From: a virus
Taxonomy: Duplodnaviria; Caudoviricetes
DNA: 54,037 nucleotides
Strand: one strand, 5' to 3'
IMG/VR virus record: IMGVR_UViG_3300013137_000026
Location: 1-54,037 of that record
Part shown: positions 27,113 through 36,330 of the stretch, piece after piece
Layout of the letters: the number at the start of each line of letters is the position of its first letter
How positions within the stretch are numbered: the stretch's first letter is position 1
Made by a program: the position numbers and the translations under genes
Notes under the pieces: generated by a model
Databases searched by the model: none
Told to the model about the DNA's origin: nothing
What the model saw: only the letters and a program-made list of their open reading frames with translations

Positions 27113-27741
27113 AGCTAATCATTCAATGTGCTGGTAGAAAAAATCCAATTGCTGGTTCATTTGCAAACGTGCATTTTGTAGCTCATCCAGAATTTATCAA
27201 TAAGCCGGGATACTATAATCCTGATGATTGTATTCCTAATTCTCAGGTTACTTGGCGAGAATATGTAGATCAATATAATCATCGACAAGGTATATTTGCT
27301 GTTGGTATTGATAATAATCCATATAAGTTTCTACCGGCTGCATTGTTATACAAGCCACAAGTATATCAACATGCAATAAATTGGTTTGGTATTGGTAATA
27401 TTCTAATACTTTCAGCGGGATGGGGACTGGTTAAAGGCGAGTTCTATTTACCACCTTATGACATAACTTTTTCTAGTACAGCTGATAAAGCTAATAGACG
27501 AAAACATCACGAGATTTATAAAGATTTTAATCACTCATATGTTCTGGCTGGCGAAGAAACTCATGTATTTTGCGGAAAAGAATATTTACCGTTGTTGTAT
27601 AAGCTTACAGAAGACATCAAAGATAAGAACATTGTAATACACCATGCTACCGATATAGAAAAACATCCCGGATATTCATATATTAAATATCCAAGATGTT
27701 TTACAAATTGGCAATATCAAGCTTTAAAAGACTTTATCTAG
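27109..27741 (+). CDS. DUF6884/YaaA-like protein
   Basis: LIIQCAGRK...PAALLY...ILILSAGWGLV...PPYDITF. Confidence 0.6.
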   Translation: MKLIIQCAGRKNPIAGSFANVHFVAHPEFINKPGYYNPDDCIPNSQVTWREYVDQYNHRQGIFAVGIDNNPYKFLPAALLYKPQVYQHAINWFGIGNILILSAGWGLVKGEFYLPPYDITFSSTADKANRRKHHEIYKDFNHSYVLAGEETHVFCGKEYLPLLYKLTEDIKDKNIVIHHATDIEKHPGYSYIKYPRCFTNWQYQALKDFI

Positions 27742-28637
27742 AATCTAGCACTCTCATCCCGAATTTTAAGAGCTATTTCTGGGGAGATTATTTCCATTTC
27801 TACCATTGCGGTAACAAGATCATTCCAATGACCAGCTTCAGGCCATACTGCTTCAACTATGTCAAACAGATGTTCTTGAATGTTATAATACTCGTCTTTC
27901 GATAATACTTTGTGAAATTTATCTAAATGATCTTTGATCATATCATCACAAAATTGAGAAATTTGATTGCGGCGCAAATCACCAGATTCTATATTTTCAC
28001 TAATCAGCTTTTCAGTTGATTTTGGTTGTTCCTTTTTAGGTGTTGGTTGCTTACATATCCCACGATACAGAGTCTCTAAAGCTAACTCATCATTTTCTTT
28101 ACTTTCGCGTTTAATTGGTTTATCAATCTGATCTCTTCCATCAGATACAGGCGAAGTAGTTGATATTTTAACATTCTTTTTTGGGTTTGTACGCCATTCA
28201 TCATTGGTAACAGCTTCCGCACCTTTAGTTTCTTCAGATTTTCTCTTAAGACTATCTGGCACTGGAGCCATATTAATTCCTGTATCATTAAGTTCAAGGA
28301 TTTCCATTGGTACTGTTATTGGGTTGCGCCATAATCCTGGTGCGTATTCTGTAACTATATCTATGTGAAAATCTGCAGCTGCATCAGTACCATAACCTGA
28401 ATAGTTTTGAGAGGTATTTGGTCTAATACTTTTAATAGCACTAACACGCAAATTCAAATCGGTTTCTATTGCATTTTTAAGTTGGGCTTTATAAGTTTCT
28501 GTCATTCCTTTAATTCGTGGATTATTTAAAGCATCTTTACGAATTTTAACGACGTCTCCAGGCATTAAACCACCACTTTGGAATCTGGTTACAACATCCT
28601 CATACAGAACGGAAAATTTGTTTTGAAATTTCTTCAT
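27738..28637 (-). CDS. Late hypothetical (probable virion) protein
   Basis: 299-aa ORF with late motif and GAGG RBS; RFQSGGLMPGDVVK; internal ENDELALETLY. Confidence 0.75.
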   Translation of the reverse strand: MKKFQNKFSVLYEDVVTRFQSGGLMPGDVVKIRKDALNNPRIKGMTETYKAQLKNAIETDLNLRVSAIKSIRPNTSQNYSGYGTDAAADFHIDIVTEYAPGLWRNPITVPMEILELNDTGINMAPVPDSLKRKSEETKGAEAVTNDEWRTNPKKNVKISTTSPVSDGRDQIDKPIKRESKENDELALETLYRGICKQPTPKKEQPKSTEKLISENIESGDLRRNQISQFCDDMIKDHLDKFHKVLSKDEYYNIQEHLFDIVEAVWPEAGHWNDLVTAMVEMEIISPEIALKIRDESARF

Positions 28638-28848
28638 AATTCATACCTCTTAAATATTTATCGAATTCTTCGAAATTATTGTTTACAATTCTGATATACT
28701 TAAACCCATTGGTTCTGCATGTTTGTTCTTTAAGTAATAGGTTCTTGTCAAGCAACATAGTATAATACGACTTAACTTCTACAATTAAGTTTAGTTTTGG
28801 TATGTAAAAGTCGGTAAAAGATTTACTACAAATCGAACAAACATTCAT
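28600..28848 (-). pseudogene. Internally deleted Zn-finger + PD-(D/E)XK homing endonuclease relic
   Basis: CSICSKSF fused directly to DFYIPKLNLIVEVKS...LLKEQTCRTNGFKYIRIVNNNF. Confidence 0.7.
28655..28661 (-). promoter_or_regulatory. Late promoter motif ATAAATA (minus strand)
   Basis: Reverse complement reads gATAAATAtttaaGAGGtatgaattATG. Confidence 0.65.
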
Positions 28849-28900
28849 TGGTATCCTCTTAAATATCTTAAAGGGGACAGTTGCTAGGTATCCAGCAATT

Positions 28901-28926
28901 TTACCAATAATTCCTGTTATTGGTAA
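28901..28926. other. Perfect 10-bp hairpin in divergent intergenic region
   Basis: TTACCAATAA-ttcctg-TTATTGGTAA; second weaker stem ttgct..agcaa at 28881-28898. Confidence 0.6.
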
Positions 28927-28965
28927 TTACCTTTTAAATATTTATTTAATTACTGATACTTACTA

Positions 28966-28972
28966 GTAAATA
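28966..28972 (+). promoter_or_regulatory. Late promoter motif GTAAATA (baseplate operon)
   Basis: GTAAATAtttatGAGGA before ATG 28987. Confidence 0.6.
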
Positions 28973-28986
28973 TTTATGAGGATAAT

Positions 28987-29541
28987 ATGGGATCTATTAT
29001 ATTGCGAAATCTTAAAAGTACTACAAAAGTAAATAAGGCAACTTACATCGATCTACATTTGGATCTAGTGGAAGATGTTGTTCTTTCTAAAGGTATTGGT
29101 ACAAGTTTTCCTAGAGGAAGAGACATTCAGGTAAGTTATGATGAAGAAGCTATTAAGAATTCGCTTACCAATATATTTAATACTATTCCTGGCGAAAGAT
29201 TTTTAATTCCAGAATTTGGAGCAAATTTACGACAATATCTATTTAGACCTGTAACAGAATCAACAGCAAATCAAATCGGCAGAGTTGTATTAGATGCTGT
29301 TGAGCGTTGGGAACCAAGAGTAACCGTGGAGAATGTTAATGTCGTGGGAAAACCATTCGGTTCAACCTCTACTAAAGATACAGGAAGATATACAAATTTA
29401 GTAAGATCAACAATACCTAATACCGAAGATGAATATGATGTAACAATCATTATTAGTATTCCTGCATTGCGAAAACGAACAAAGCTGGAAGGTATTTTAA
29501 CTGAAGCTGGATTTGCAGAAATCCGCATAATGAGTATTTAA
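28987..29541 (+). CDS. gp25: Baseplate wedge / sheath initiator (T4 gp25-like)
   Basis: DEEAIKNSL.NIF.T.PGER...PEFG.NL..YLF...RWEPRV. Confidence 0.92.
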   Translation: MGSIILRNLKSTTKVNKATYIDLHLDLVEDVVLSKGIGTSFPRGRDIQVSYDEEAIKNSLTNIFNTIPGERFLIPEFGANLRQYLFRPVTESTANQIGRVVLDAVERWEPRVTVENVNVVGKPFGSTSTKDTGRYTNLVRSTIPNTEDEYDVTIIISIPALRKRTKLEGILTEAGFAEIRIMSI

Positions 29542-29552
29542 GGAGATTAAAA

Positions 29553-29744
29553 ATGGATTTAAAATGCAAAATTTGCGGGTTTGAACCACAATTTTTAGAT
29601 CACACATTTCAAAACAAATTACTAAACGAGGCAGAAATTGATTATTCATCAAAACCTGTTAAATATATGTGTAATGAAGTAGAACATTATTATCATACTG
29701 AGCAATTAGATTCAAATGTTTTATTAAAAGAACAAGCATATTGA
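29553..29744 (+). pseudogene. Collapsed relic of the same Zn-finger/PD-(D/E)XK endonuclease family
   Basis: CKICG head, VKY....EHYY pre-catalytic segment, then NVLLKEQA; the DF..LIVE.K core is missing. Confidence 0.55.
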
Positions 29745-29755
29745 GGAGTATTTAA

Positions 29756-31564
29756 ATGAGCGAATTGATTAAGAAAGATGGTTATTTGACATTTGACGCG
29801 CTTACATTAAAGCAACAAATTAAAGACATGTTAGTCCGTGGTGGTATTTTTACAGATGCTCAGTTTGAAGGTTCATATATCTCTACTCTTAATGACATTA
29901 TTTCCTATACCTTTAGTGTGTTAATGTATTATCTTAATAAAACATCAACCGAAGATATGTTTTCTGACGCACAAATTTACGAAAACATGAATCGAGTAGT
30001 AAAGCTATTAGATTATAAACCAATTGGTAATCAAGCGGCAACACTTTCGTTTTTAGCCTCTGCTGGTACTGGTGTTACTAATGATCCAGGCTTATATACT
30101 ATTCCTAGATATTCTTATATTAATGTGGATGGTATATTTTATTCGTTTAACGAAGATATTACTTTTGCTAAAACACTTTCTGCTCAATTGGAAGAATTAA
30201 CAGATATTTCTAATGAAAAATTGTTATATCAAGGACAATTTATTGAATATCCTATTTATGATGCAATAGGACAAGAAAACGAAATAGTATATTTAACACC
30301 AGGCCAAAATATAATTATTGACCATTATAACATATATTTGTTTGTTAAATCTTCTAATGGGGTATGGCAATCTTGGGATCGAACACCATCACTATATCTT
30401 GAAGATGCTAACGCTAAGAAATTTGAAATTAGATTTAACGAAAATAAAATATATGAAATTAAGTTTGGTAATGATATTAATGGTGTCAAATTACAACCAA
30501 ACGACAAAGTAGCTATTTATTATCTTCAATCAGATGGTTCAAATGGTGAAGTTGGTGTAGGAGTATTAGCAGGTAAATCAATGATTCCATATAATACCAC
30601 ACAATTTAATCAAATTATGACAGATGTGATTGCCGGACAATACGAATTCTTAAGCGATTTATCTACACTTTTATTTGACAATGATTCGGTATCTACATTT
30701 AGTAACGCAGAAGAAAGTGTTGATAGTATTAGGGTGAATGCACCAAGTACATTTAGATCACAGTATAGGCTAGTTACTACTAGTGATTATGAACAATATA
30801 TTAAAACAAATTTTGCTAATTTAATTCATGATGTTAAAGCTGTTAACAATTGGCAATATTTGTCAGAGATAATGAAGTATTATTTTGATTTAGGTTTAAC
30901 CAATCCAAACCAGATATCAAGAGTATTATATAATCAGGTTCTATTTGGTGATGCTTGTAATTTTAATAACGTTTATTTGATTACAGTACCTAAAACAGTC
31001 TCTAATATCAAGAGTCCAATGATAACATTAACACCATCACAAAAAGAGTTAATATTGTCGTCAATGAGAAGTGAAAAAACTCTTACTAGTGAAGTTATTG
31101 TTATGGATCCGGTTTATGTAGCAATTGATTTAGCAATGACTGGTACTACTATACCATCAGAAAATGATATAAGTCAAACAGGATTATTAGTTATTAAGGA
31201 TCCTAACTCTAGAAGAGATAATACATCAATCCAAAATGATATTACAAATGTATTTACCAATTATTTTAGTAGAAATTCTACAACTTTAGGCCAAATGATT
31301 GATGTCAAACAATTAACAGCAAATATTTTAGCTGTTCAGGGTGTTAAAACTTTTTATACCCAAAGGTTAGATGATACTAGTAATAGATTTGAAGGATTAT
31401 CTTTAATGGTTTGGAATCCTATATATTCGAACGATGTTAATATTACTGTTAAGAATCTCTTACTACCATATTTCAAATATCCATATTTAAACAATAAAGA
31501 TACTTTAAGTACGAGAATCATTATTCAATCTGAATCAAAGATTTTCGAAAATATAGAATACTAG
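29756..31564 (+). CDS. gp6: Baseplate wedge subunit (T4 gp6-like)
   Basis: FTDAQFEGS.ISTL.DI..Y, YEIKFGNDING, EESVDSIRVNAP..FRSQYRLVT..DY. Confidence 0.9.
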   Translation: MSELIKKDGYLTFDALTLKQQIKDMLVRGGIFTDAQFEGSYISTLNDIISYTFSVLMYYLNKTSTEDMFSDAQIYENMNRVVKLLDYKPIGNQAATLSFLASAGTGVTNDPGLYTIPRYSYINVDGIFYSFNEDITFAKTLSAQLEELTDISNEKLLYQGQFIEYPIYDAIGQENEIVYLTPGQNIIIDHYNIYLFVKSSNGVWQSWDRTPSLYLEDANAKKFEIRFNENKIYEIKFGNDINGVKLQPNDKVAIYYLQSDGSNGEVGVGVLAGKSMIPYNTTQFNQIMTDVIAGQYEFLSDLSTLLFDNDSVSTFSNAEESVDSIRVNAPSTFRSQYRLVTTSDYEQYIKTNFANLIHDVKAVNNWQYLSEIMKYYFDLGLTNPNQISRVLYNQVLFGDACNFNNVYLITVPKTVSNIKSPMITLTPSQKELILSSMRSEKTLTSEVIVMDPVYVAIDLAMTGTTIPSENDISQTGLLVIKDPNSRRDNTSIQNDITNVFTNYFSRNSTTLGQMIDVKQLTANILAVQGVKTFYTQRLDDTSNRFEGLSLMVWNPIYSNDVNITVKNLLLPYFKYPYLNNKDTLSTRIIIQSESKIFENIEY

Positions 31565-31565
31565 A

Positions 31566-34500
31566 ATGACTACTCAATCATGGCAGAGACAATATGGTAA
31601 AGACCAGCAAGGTACTAATTATTCCGGTGGTACTTTAAATGGGATATCTCCGTATTGGACCTATACACTAAGTAGTATTAGTAGTGTACTTGTTCCGGTA
31701 TTGGTTTCTAGGGTTGGCGACGATTTAGGAAATACTTACCATTCTCAATATCAACCTATTGATGCAACAGCAGAGATTATTTCTTTAGATCATTATGGTT
31801 CAAAACGGTGGAGTATATCATGGAGCGGGTACGGGTTGGGCTGGCCATGGAATTTATCATTATCAAACGATTCTTCAACACTATATGCTGTTGCCTATGA
31901 TAGAGCATATAGTTTTGAAACAACAGCTCCAGTATCAGCTAATGGTAATTATGTGGGGTTTGAATATGTTTGGAACAATCCAATATGGGTAGATCCAGCT
32001 GGCGGGTTATATGCCTATAGTGATTGGACATTTACTGGGATGAATTATTGTGGATCCTATTTGAGAAAATTCGGATTAAATAGCGGAGTAGGAACAACCT
32101 ATTGGAGTTATTTTATTACTGGCCCTTATGCACTTATTTCTCCGCCATTTTCTAGTCCATGGGCTGCTAAAAGTTCAATGGTATTTAATCCTTCATTGTG
32201 TAGTGATGGTAATCAATATTATGAAATGTATTTTGCTTCTAATGAATCGGTGTCGCATGAAGCATTTCCTGGATCAATCAGGTATAAAAATTATTTAAAG
32301 AAATTTAAGGCATATACGAATAATGCGTTAACAATTTCACCAATTGGTTCTGTAACTTTTGAAGACGATGATTTAGTTGGTTGGACTACTCCACCTAATA
32401 ATGCATCAATGGGATTAGCTTATAGTGAAACATATGATCAAGTTTATGTAACAACTACTACTGGCGTTCAGGCATATGATACGACATTAGCAAATACCGC
32501 TTCCTATACTGGTGATTTACCAACTACGGGACCGGCGTTACTTGATAATACGTTGTATTATATTTCTAATACCGTTAATGGATGTTATCTTGTAGCATTA
32601 AATGTTCCTTCATTAACTCTAAAATGGAAAATTAATTCTGTTATGACAGTAAGTCATGATCCTGTCGTATATACTAAGAATGGTAATAAATGGATAGTAT
32701 TAGCAGGAGCTCAGGGTTCAGTATTATTTGAGGATCTTGGTGGATTTGCTACCTGGATGGCTTCATACGACAAACCAGCTTCAGGTGCCGCAAGCGAACA
32801 ACCAATAATGTCAAAAGATAGATTTTTCATCAATAACAATGCAGATATCTACGCATTAGGAACATCGCAGGGCGATTTGTTTAGAGACGCAGTTAACGGT
32901 GCTCCTGATTGTTCAATGCCGAGTGGGTGTGTAACAGCTGTTCCTATTGTACGAGGAACCTTTAATGTTTATATGACAGGTATGGCTCCAAGTGCTTTTG
33001 CTACAGTATTCACAGATAATTATTATGGTGTCTTAACAAGTATTTATACACCACTAGCAACCGGAACAGTTGATTATAACAGCGGATGTTGGACTCTTAA
33101 TCTAAGTCCTTCAACAGTTACTGACTGTTATTTAACAATATCACATCAAGCAATTGTTTCTCCAAGCGCCAATTTTGCTGTATTACCAGATCAAACATTT
33201 TATGTATTTCAAAGTGGTGGGTTTATTGATACCTCTACTTCAATTATATACCCAATTACTGGTTGGACTTGGGATTTTGGTGATGGCAATTCAAGTACAA
33301 CCCAACATCCGGTACATAAATATGGTAATACTGGTACTTATACTGTCGGGTTGACTGTTTGTAATGTTATTTCTTGCGCATCTGTTAGTAAAGATGTGGA
33401 TATCACATGGCCATTAAATGAATATATCCATTTTACTGAAATTCCAACTCCATCAGAAGCAACAAAACAAAACAAATATCCATTTACTGTTACCGTAAGT
33501 ATGATTTGTGCACAAGATGGAGGACATAATGTCCAATTATATTCTCAATATTCAAGGTCAAGACCATATCAGGACCCACAAAGTAAATGGGGTCATTTAT
33601 TACCACAGTGGAGATTCACAGACTTAAGTGGGAATGTTATTGAATCTGTTAATACTACAGATACTGCAGTATATGTTAGTAGTATTTATGTAGGTGTTAC
33701 TGGTGAAGCTCAATTTTATTATATAGATGACATGCCTACCCTAGAAGGTAATCCAGTCTTATTGTGGGGTACGTTAGAAACATCTGGAATTCCTGTAAGT
33801 TATGATAATGAAAAACAAGAACTACCAGGATATGCTAATAGCAAATTAATTGCAGTGACTCCATATGGTATCAATGGCGAAAATCCTGTTAAATTGGATA
33901 TTACTCGAAATGGTAAAGCACCAATATTATCTCCTAAATGGATTAATGTAGAATTTCCATTTGTTATTAGTCTTAAAGGAGATATTACTACAGTTTGCGA
34001 CGGAGACGAAATAACTATATTTGATTATCCAAGTAGCAATAATGTAACGTGGCCAATTCAGCGAGAAATTTCAGGAGTATCAAATACTAATGTACATTGG
34101 GTTCCTACAACTACATATTTTCAACAAACAGATGCTAACGGATTTAATATTGGTGGTTTTGCTCGTAATAGTGTGTACTCACACGTATCAGCATTAGATA
34201 CAAATATTTCTGCAGCCGTTGTAGCTCAACATACTGGATGGTTTAGAGATACTCCATTTGTTTGGGTATCAAATCCAGATAATAGAACAATTAATAGGAT
34301 CGAATATCCATCACCGTTACCATATTATGCGGTATCATCATTATTATTCCCAGCAGTAACTGCATTAACCAACATTTACCCAGTTCCATATGTTTCATCG
34401 CTTTATGATGCTATGAGTTTGTCAGGTTATGGTGGTATTTTTGGTATAGCTGTTGATCCATGTTATGATGTATGGTGTACAGAATCCGAATTAGACAGGC

Positions 34501-36329
34501 TTCTCAAATACAATAATAGGGGTACGTTATTGTCTTCAATTAATTTGAAACAAATACCAGCTATAACTGCATTAAACCCAAGTATGTCTGCAAGCGATTA
34601 TGCATTAACACCAGTAGGTATCGCATTAGATAGATCTGCTGGAATGTGGGTAACATTGTTTGATTCTGTATCAACGTTAAAATTTGATAAGTATGGAAAC
34701 TTCTTATTCGCTGTTGTTCCTTCAGGTGGCAACATATTAATTCCAGATACTGATAATTCTATTAAACCATCACAGGTAGATACAGATATTCAAAACTATG
34801 CATGGGTTACTTATACCTCTGATGTAAGTAGTATTCTAGCAAAATATGATTTAAGTGGGAACTTAGTAATTCAAATCGATCAATCACCAGATTATATGTC
34901 GCCAGTAGATATAATTGTTGGAAGAGATAATTCGTTTTGGGTATCTAATACCTATTCTTATCAATTAAGTGGAAGTATTCAACATTATACTTCAGCTGGT
35001 GCATTATTAGCCACGTGGGATTTATCATCCGGTTGGCCAACCTATCTAACTTTAGATAGAGATGGTAGACCGTGGTTTACTTATGGATATTACAACGTAG
35101 GATATATTGATCCCGTATCTGGCATGATTGGATTTGTGGTATCCGGCGGCAATATTGATTTAGGTAGTCTATGGTTTGACGCTAGTACGCGATTAGATGA
35201 ACAAATTCATGAAGGTATTGCTTGTGATGCCAAAAATAGAATATGGGTTATTAATTCTATTGAAAATATGGTTTATGTTATTTCATCAGGCCAAAATGTC
35301 TTTAATGAAGCAGCATTTGTATCATTCAAGATATGGCCCGACGATCAAATTAGTTGGTACAATGATAATAATACCAGTACACAATATACACTTACTAGTG
35401 AGTGGTATAAATGTGCTCAAGCGTATGGTGACTGGACAGGATATCGTTGGATTAACAAATATAACCCATATAATCCAAATATAACAATGACAGTTACTTT
35501 AACAGGTATAAGTAATGATTTTGATATTAAACCATTTATTAACGAATATGATATTCGTCGATTTAATGAGAGTTGGGATGCGACAACACAGATTCGAAGT
35601 TATGCTTTACCAGAACATATTTACAATAACTACAATTTCTGGGTTAATTATATTGGTCATGCAATTGGTGGTCTAGAAACAGATCAACAAGTGGGAAGAT
35701 TATCTTATGAGAAAATAGCAAACTTTGTCAAAAACCACGGAGATGTTGATACAGCAAATATTAGACAACTATATTCATTAGCAAATGAAGTAGATGTACC
35801 AATAGACGATTTCAATTTTGTATACCCAGTTAATCTCGGAAGAATAATGGATATTATATCAGTTGATCATCAAAAGTTATGGGGCGCGCATTGCAAATGT
35901 GATCAGAATTTCTATACATCATACATTTGTCCAAAATGCGGCCATTCACATGCATCAAACCTAGGAGACACACTTGATGTCTATACGTATATGGTTACTG
36001 CTGATACGCGATTTGTAGTTAAACCTAAGTTCGGAACGAACTATACATTAATTACACCAACAGTGTACAACTCATTAACAACATATCCTGCATCAGCAGC
36101 AGCCAACTTAACTTGGTTACCATCGGCTGATTATATTTCGTACAATTTTTATGCCCATATGCCGTCAGCATGTAACGTTCAAGTTGATGGTGTTATTAAT
36201 TGGTCAGATGGGTATACGACATTATCAGAAGGTAGTTCATCATTATCTGCTTGGTATGAAGATTTTCAAATAGTAGAAGAAATGCTTAACTATACTCTAC
36301 ATGCTGGATTAGATATGCAAAGGGATTAA
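31566..36329 (+). CDS. Large baseplate/tail-associated protein (beta-propellers, PKD, C-terminal baseplate-like helical domain)
   Basis: Follows gp6; WTWDFGDG..HPVHKY PKD; repeated GIAxD..xW blades. Confidence 0.75.
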   Translation: MTTQSWQRQYGKDQQGTNYSGGTLNGISPYWTYTLSSISSVLVPVLVSRVGDDLGNTYHSQYQPIDATAEIISLDHYGSKRWSISWSGYGLGWPWNLSLSNDSSTLYAVAYDRAYSFETTAPVSANGNYVGFEYVWNNPIWVDPAGGLYAYSDWTFTGMNYCGSYLRKFGLNSGVGTTYWSYFITGPYALISPPFSSPWAAKSSMVFNPSLCSDGNQYYEMYFASNESVSHEAFPGSIRYKNYLKKFKAYTNNALTISPIGSVTFEDDDLVGWTTPPNNASMGLAYSETYDQVYVTTTTGVQAYDTTLANTASYTGDLPTTGPALLDNTLYYISNTVNGCYLVALNVPSLTLKWKINSVMTVSHDPVVYTKNGNKWIVLAGAQGSVLFEDLGGFATWMASYDKPASGAASEQPIMSKDRFFINNNADIYALGTSQGDLFRDAVNGAPDCSMPSGCVTAVPIVRGTFNVYMTGMAPSAFATVFTDNYYGVLTSIYTPLATGTVDYNSGCWTLNLSPSTVTDCYLTISHQAIVSPSANFAVLPDQTFYVFQSGGFIDTSTSIIYPITGWTWDFGDGNSSTTQHPVHKYGNTGTYTVGLTVCNVISCASVSKDVDITWPLNEYIHFTEIPTPSEATKQNKYPFTVTVSMICAQDGGHNVQLYSQYSRSRPYQDPQSKWGHLLPQWRFTDLSGNVIESVNTTDTAVYVSSIYVGVTGEAQFYYIDDMPTLEGNPVLLWGTLETSGIPVSYDNEKQELPGYANSKLIAVTPYGINGENPVKLDITRNGKAPILSPKWINVEFPFVISLKGDITTVCDGDEITIFDYPSSNNVTWPIQREISGVSNTNVHWVPTTTYFQQTDANGFNIGGFARNSVYSHVSALDTNISAAVVAQHTGWFRDTPFVWVSNPDNRTINRIEYPSPLPYYAVSSLLFPAVTALTNIYPVPYVSSLYDAMSLSGYGGIFGIAVDPCYDVWCTESELDRLLKYNNRGTLLSSINLKQIPAITALNPSMSASDYALTPVGIALDRSAGMWVTLFDSVSTLKFDKYGNFLFAVVPSGGNILIPDTDNSIKPSQVDTDIQNYAWVTYTSDVSSILAKYDLSGNLVIQIDQSPDYMSPVDIIVGRDNSFWVSNTYSYQLSGSIQHYTSAGALLATWDLSSGWPTYLTLDRDGRPWFTYGYYNVGYIDPVSGMIGFVVSGGNIDLGSLWFDASTRLDEQIHEGIACDAKNRIWVINSIENMVYVISSGQNVFNEAAFVSFKIWPDDQISWYNDNNTSTQYTLTSEWYKCAQAYGDWTGYRWINKYNPYNPNITMTVTLTGISNDFDIKPFINEYDIRRFNESWDATTQIRSYALPEHIYNNYNFWVNYIGHAIGGLETDQQVGRLSYEKIANFVKNHGDVDTANIRQLYSLANEVDVPIDDFNFVYPVNLGRIMDIISVDHQKLWGAHCKCDQNFYTSYICPKCGHSHASNLGDTLDVYTYMVTADTRFVVKPKFGTNYTLITPTVYNSLTTYPASAAANLTWLPSADYISYNFYAHMPSACNVQVDGVINWSDGYTTLSEGSSSLSAWYEDFQIVEEMLNYTLHAGLDMQRD

Positions 36330-36330
36330 T

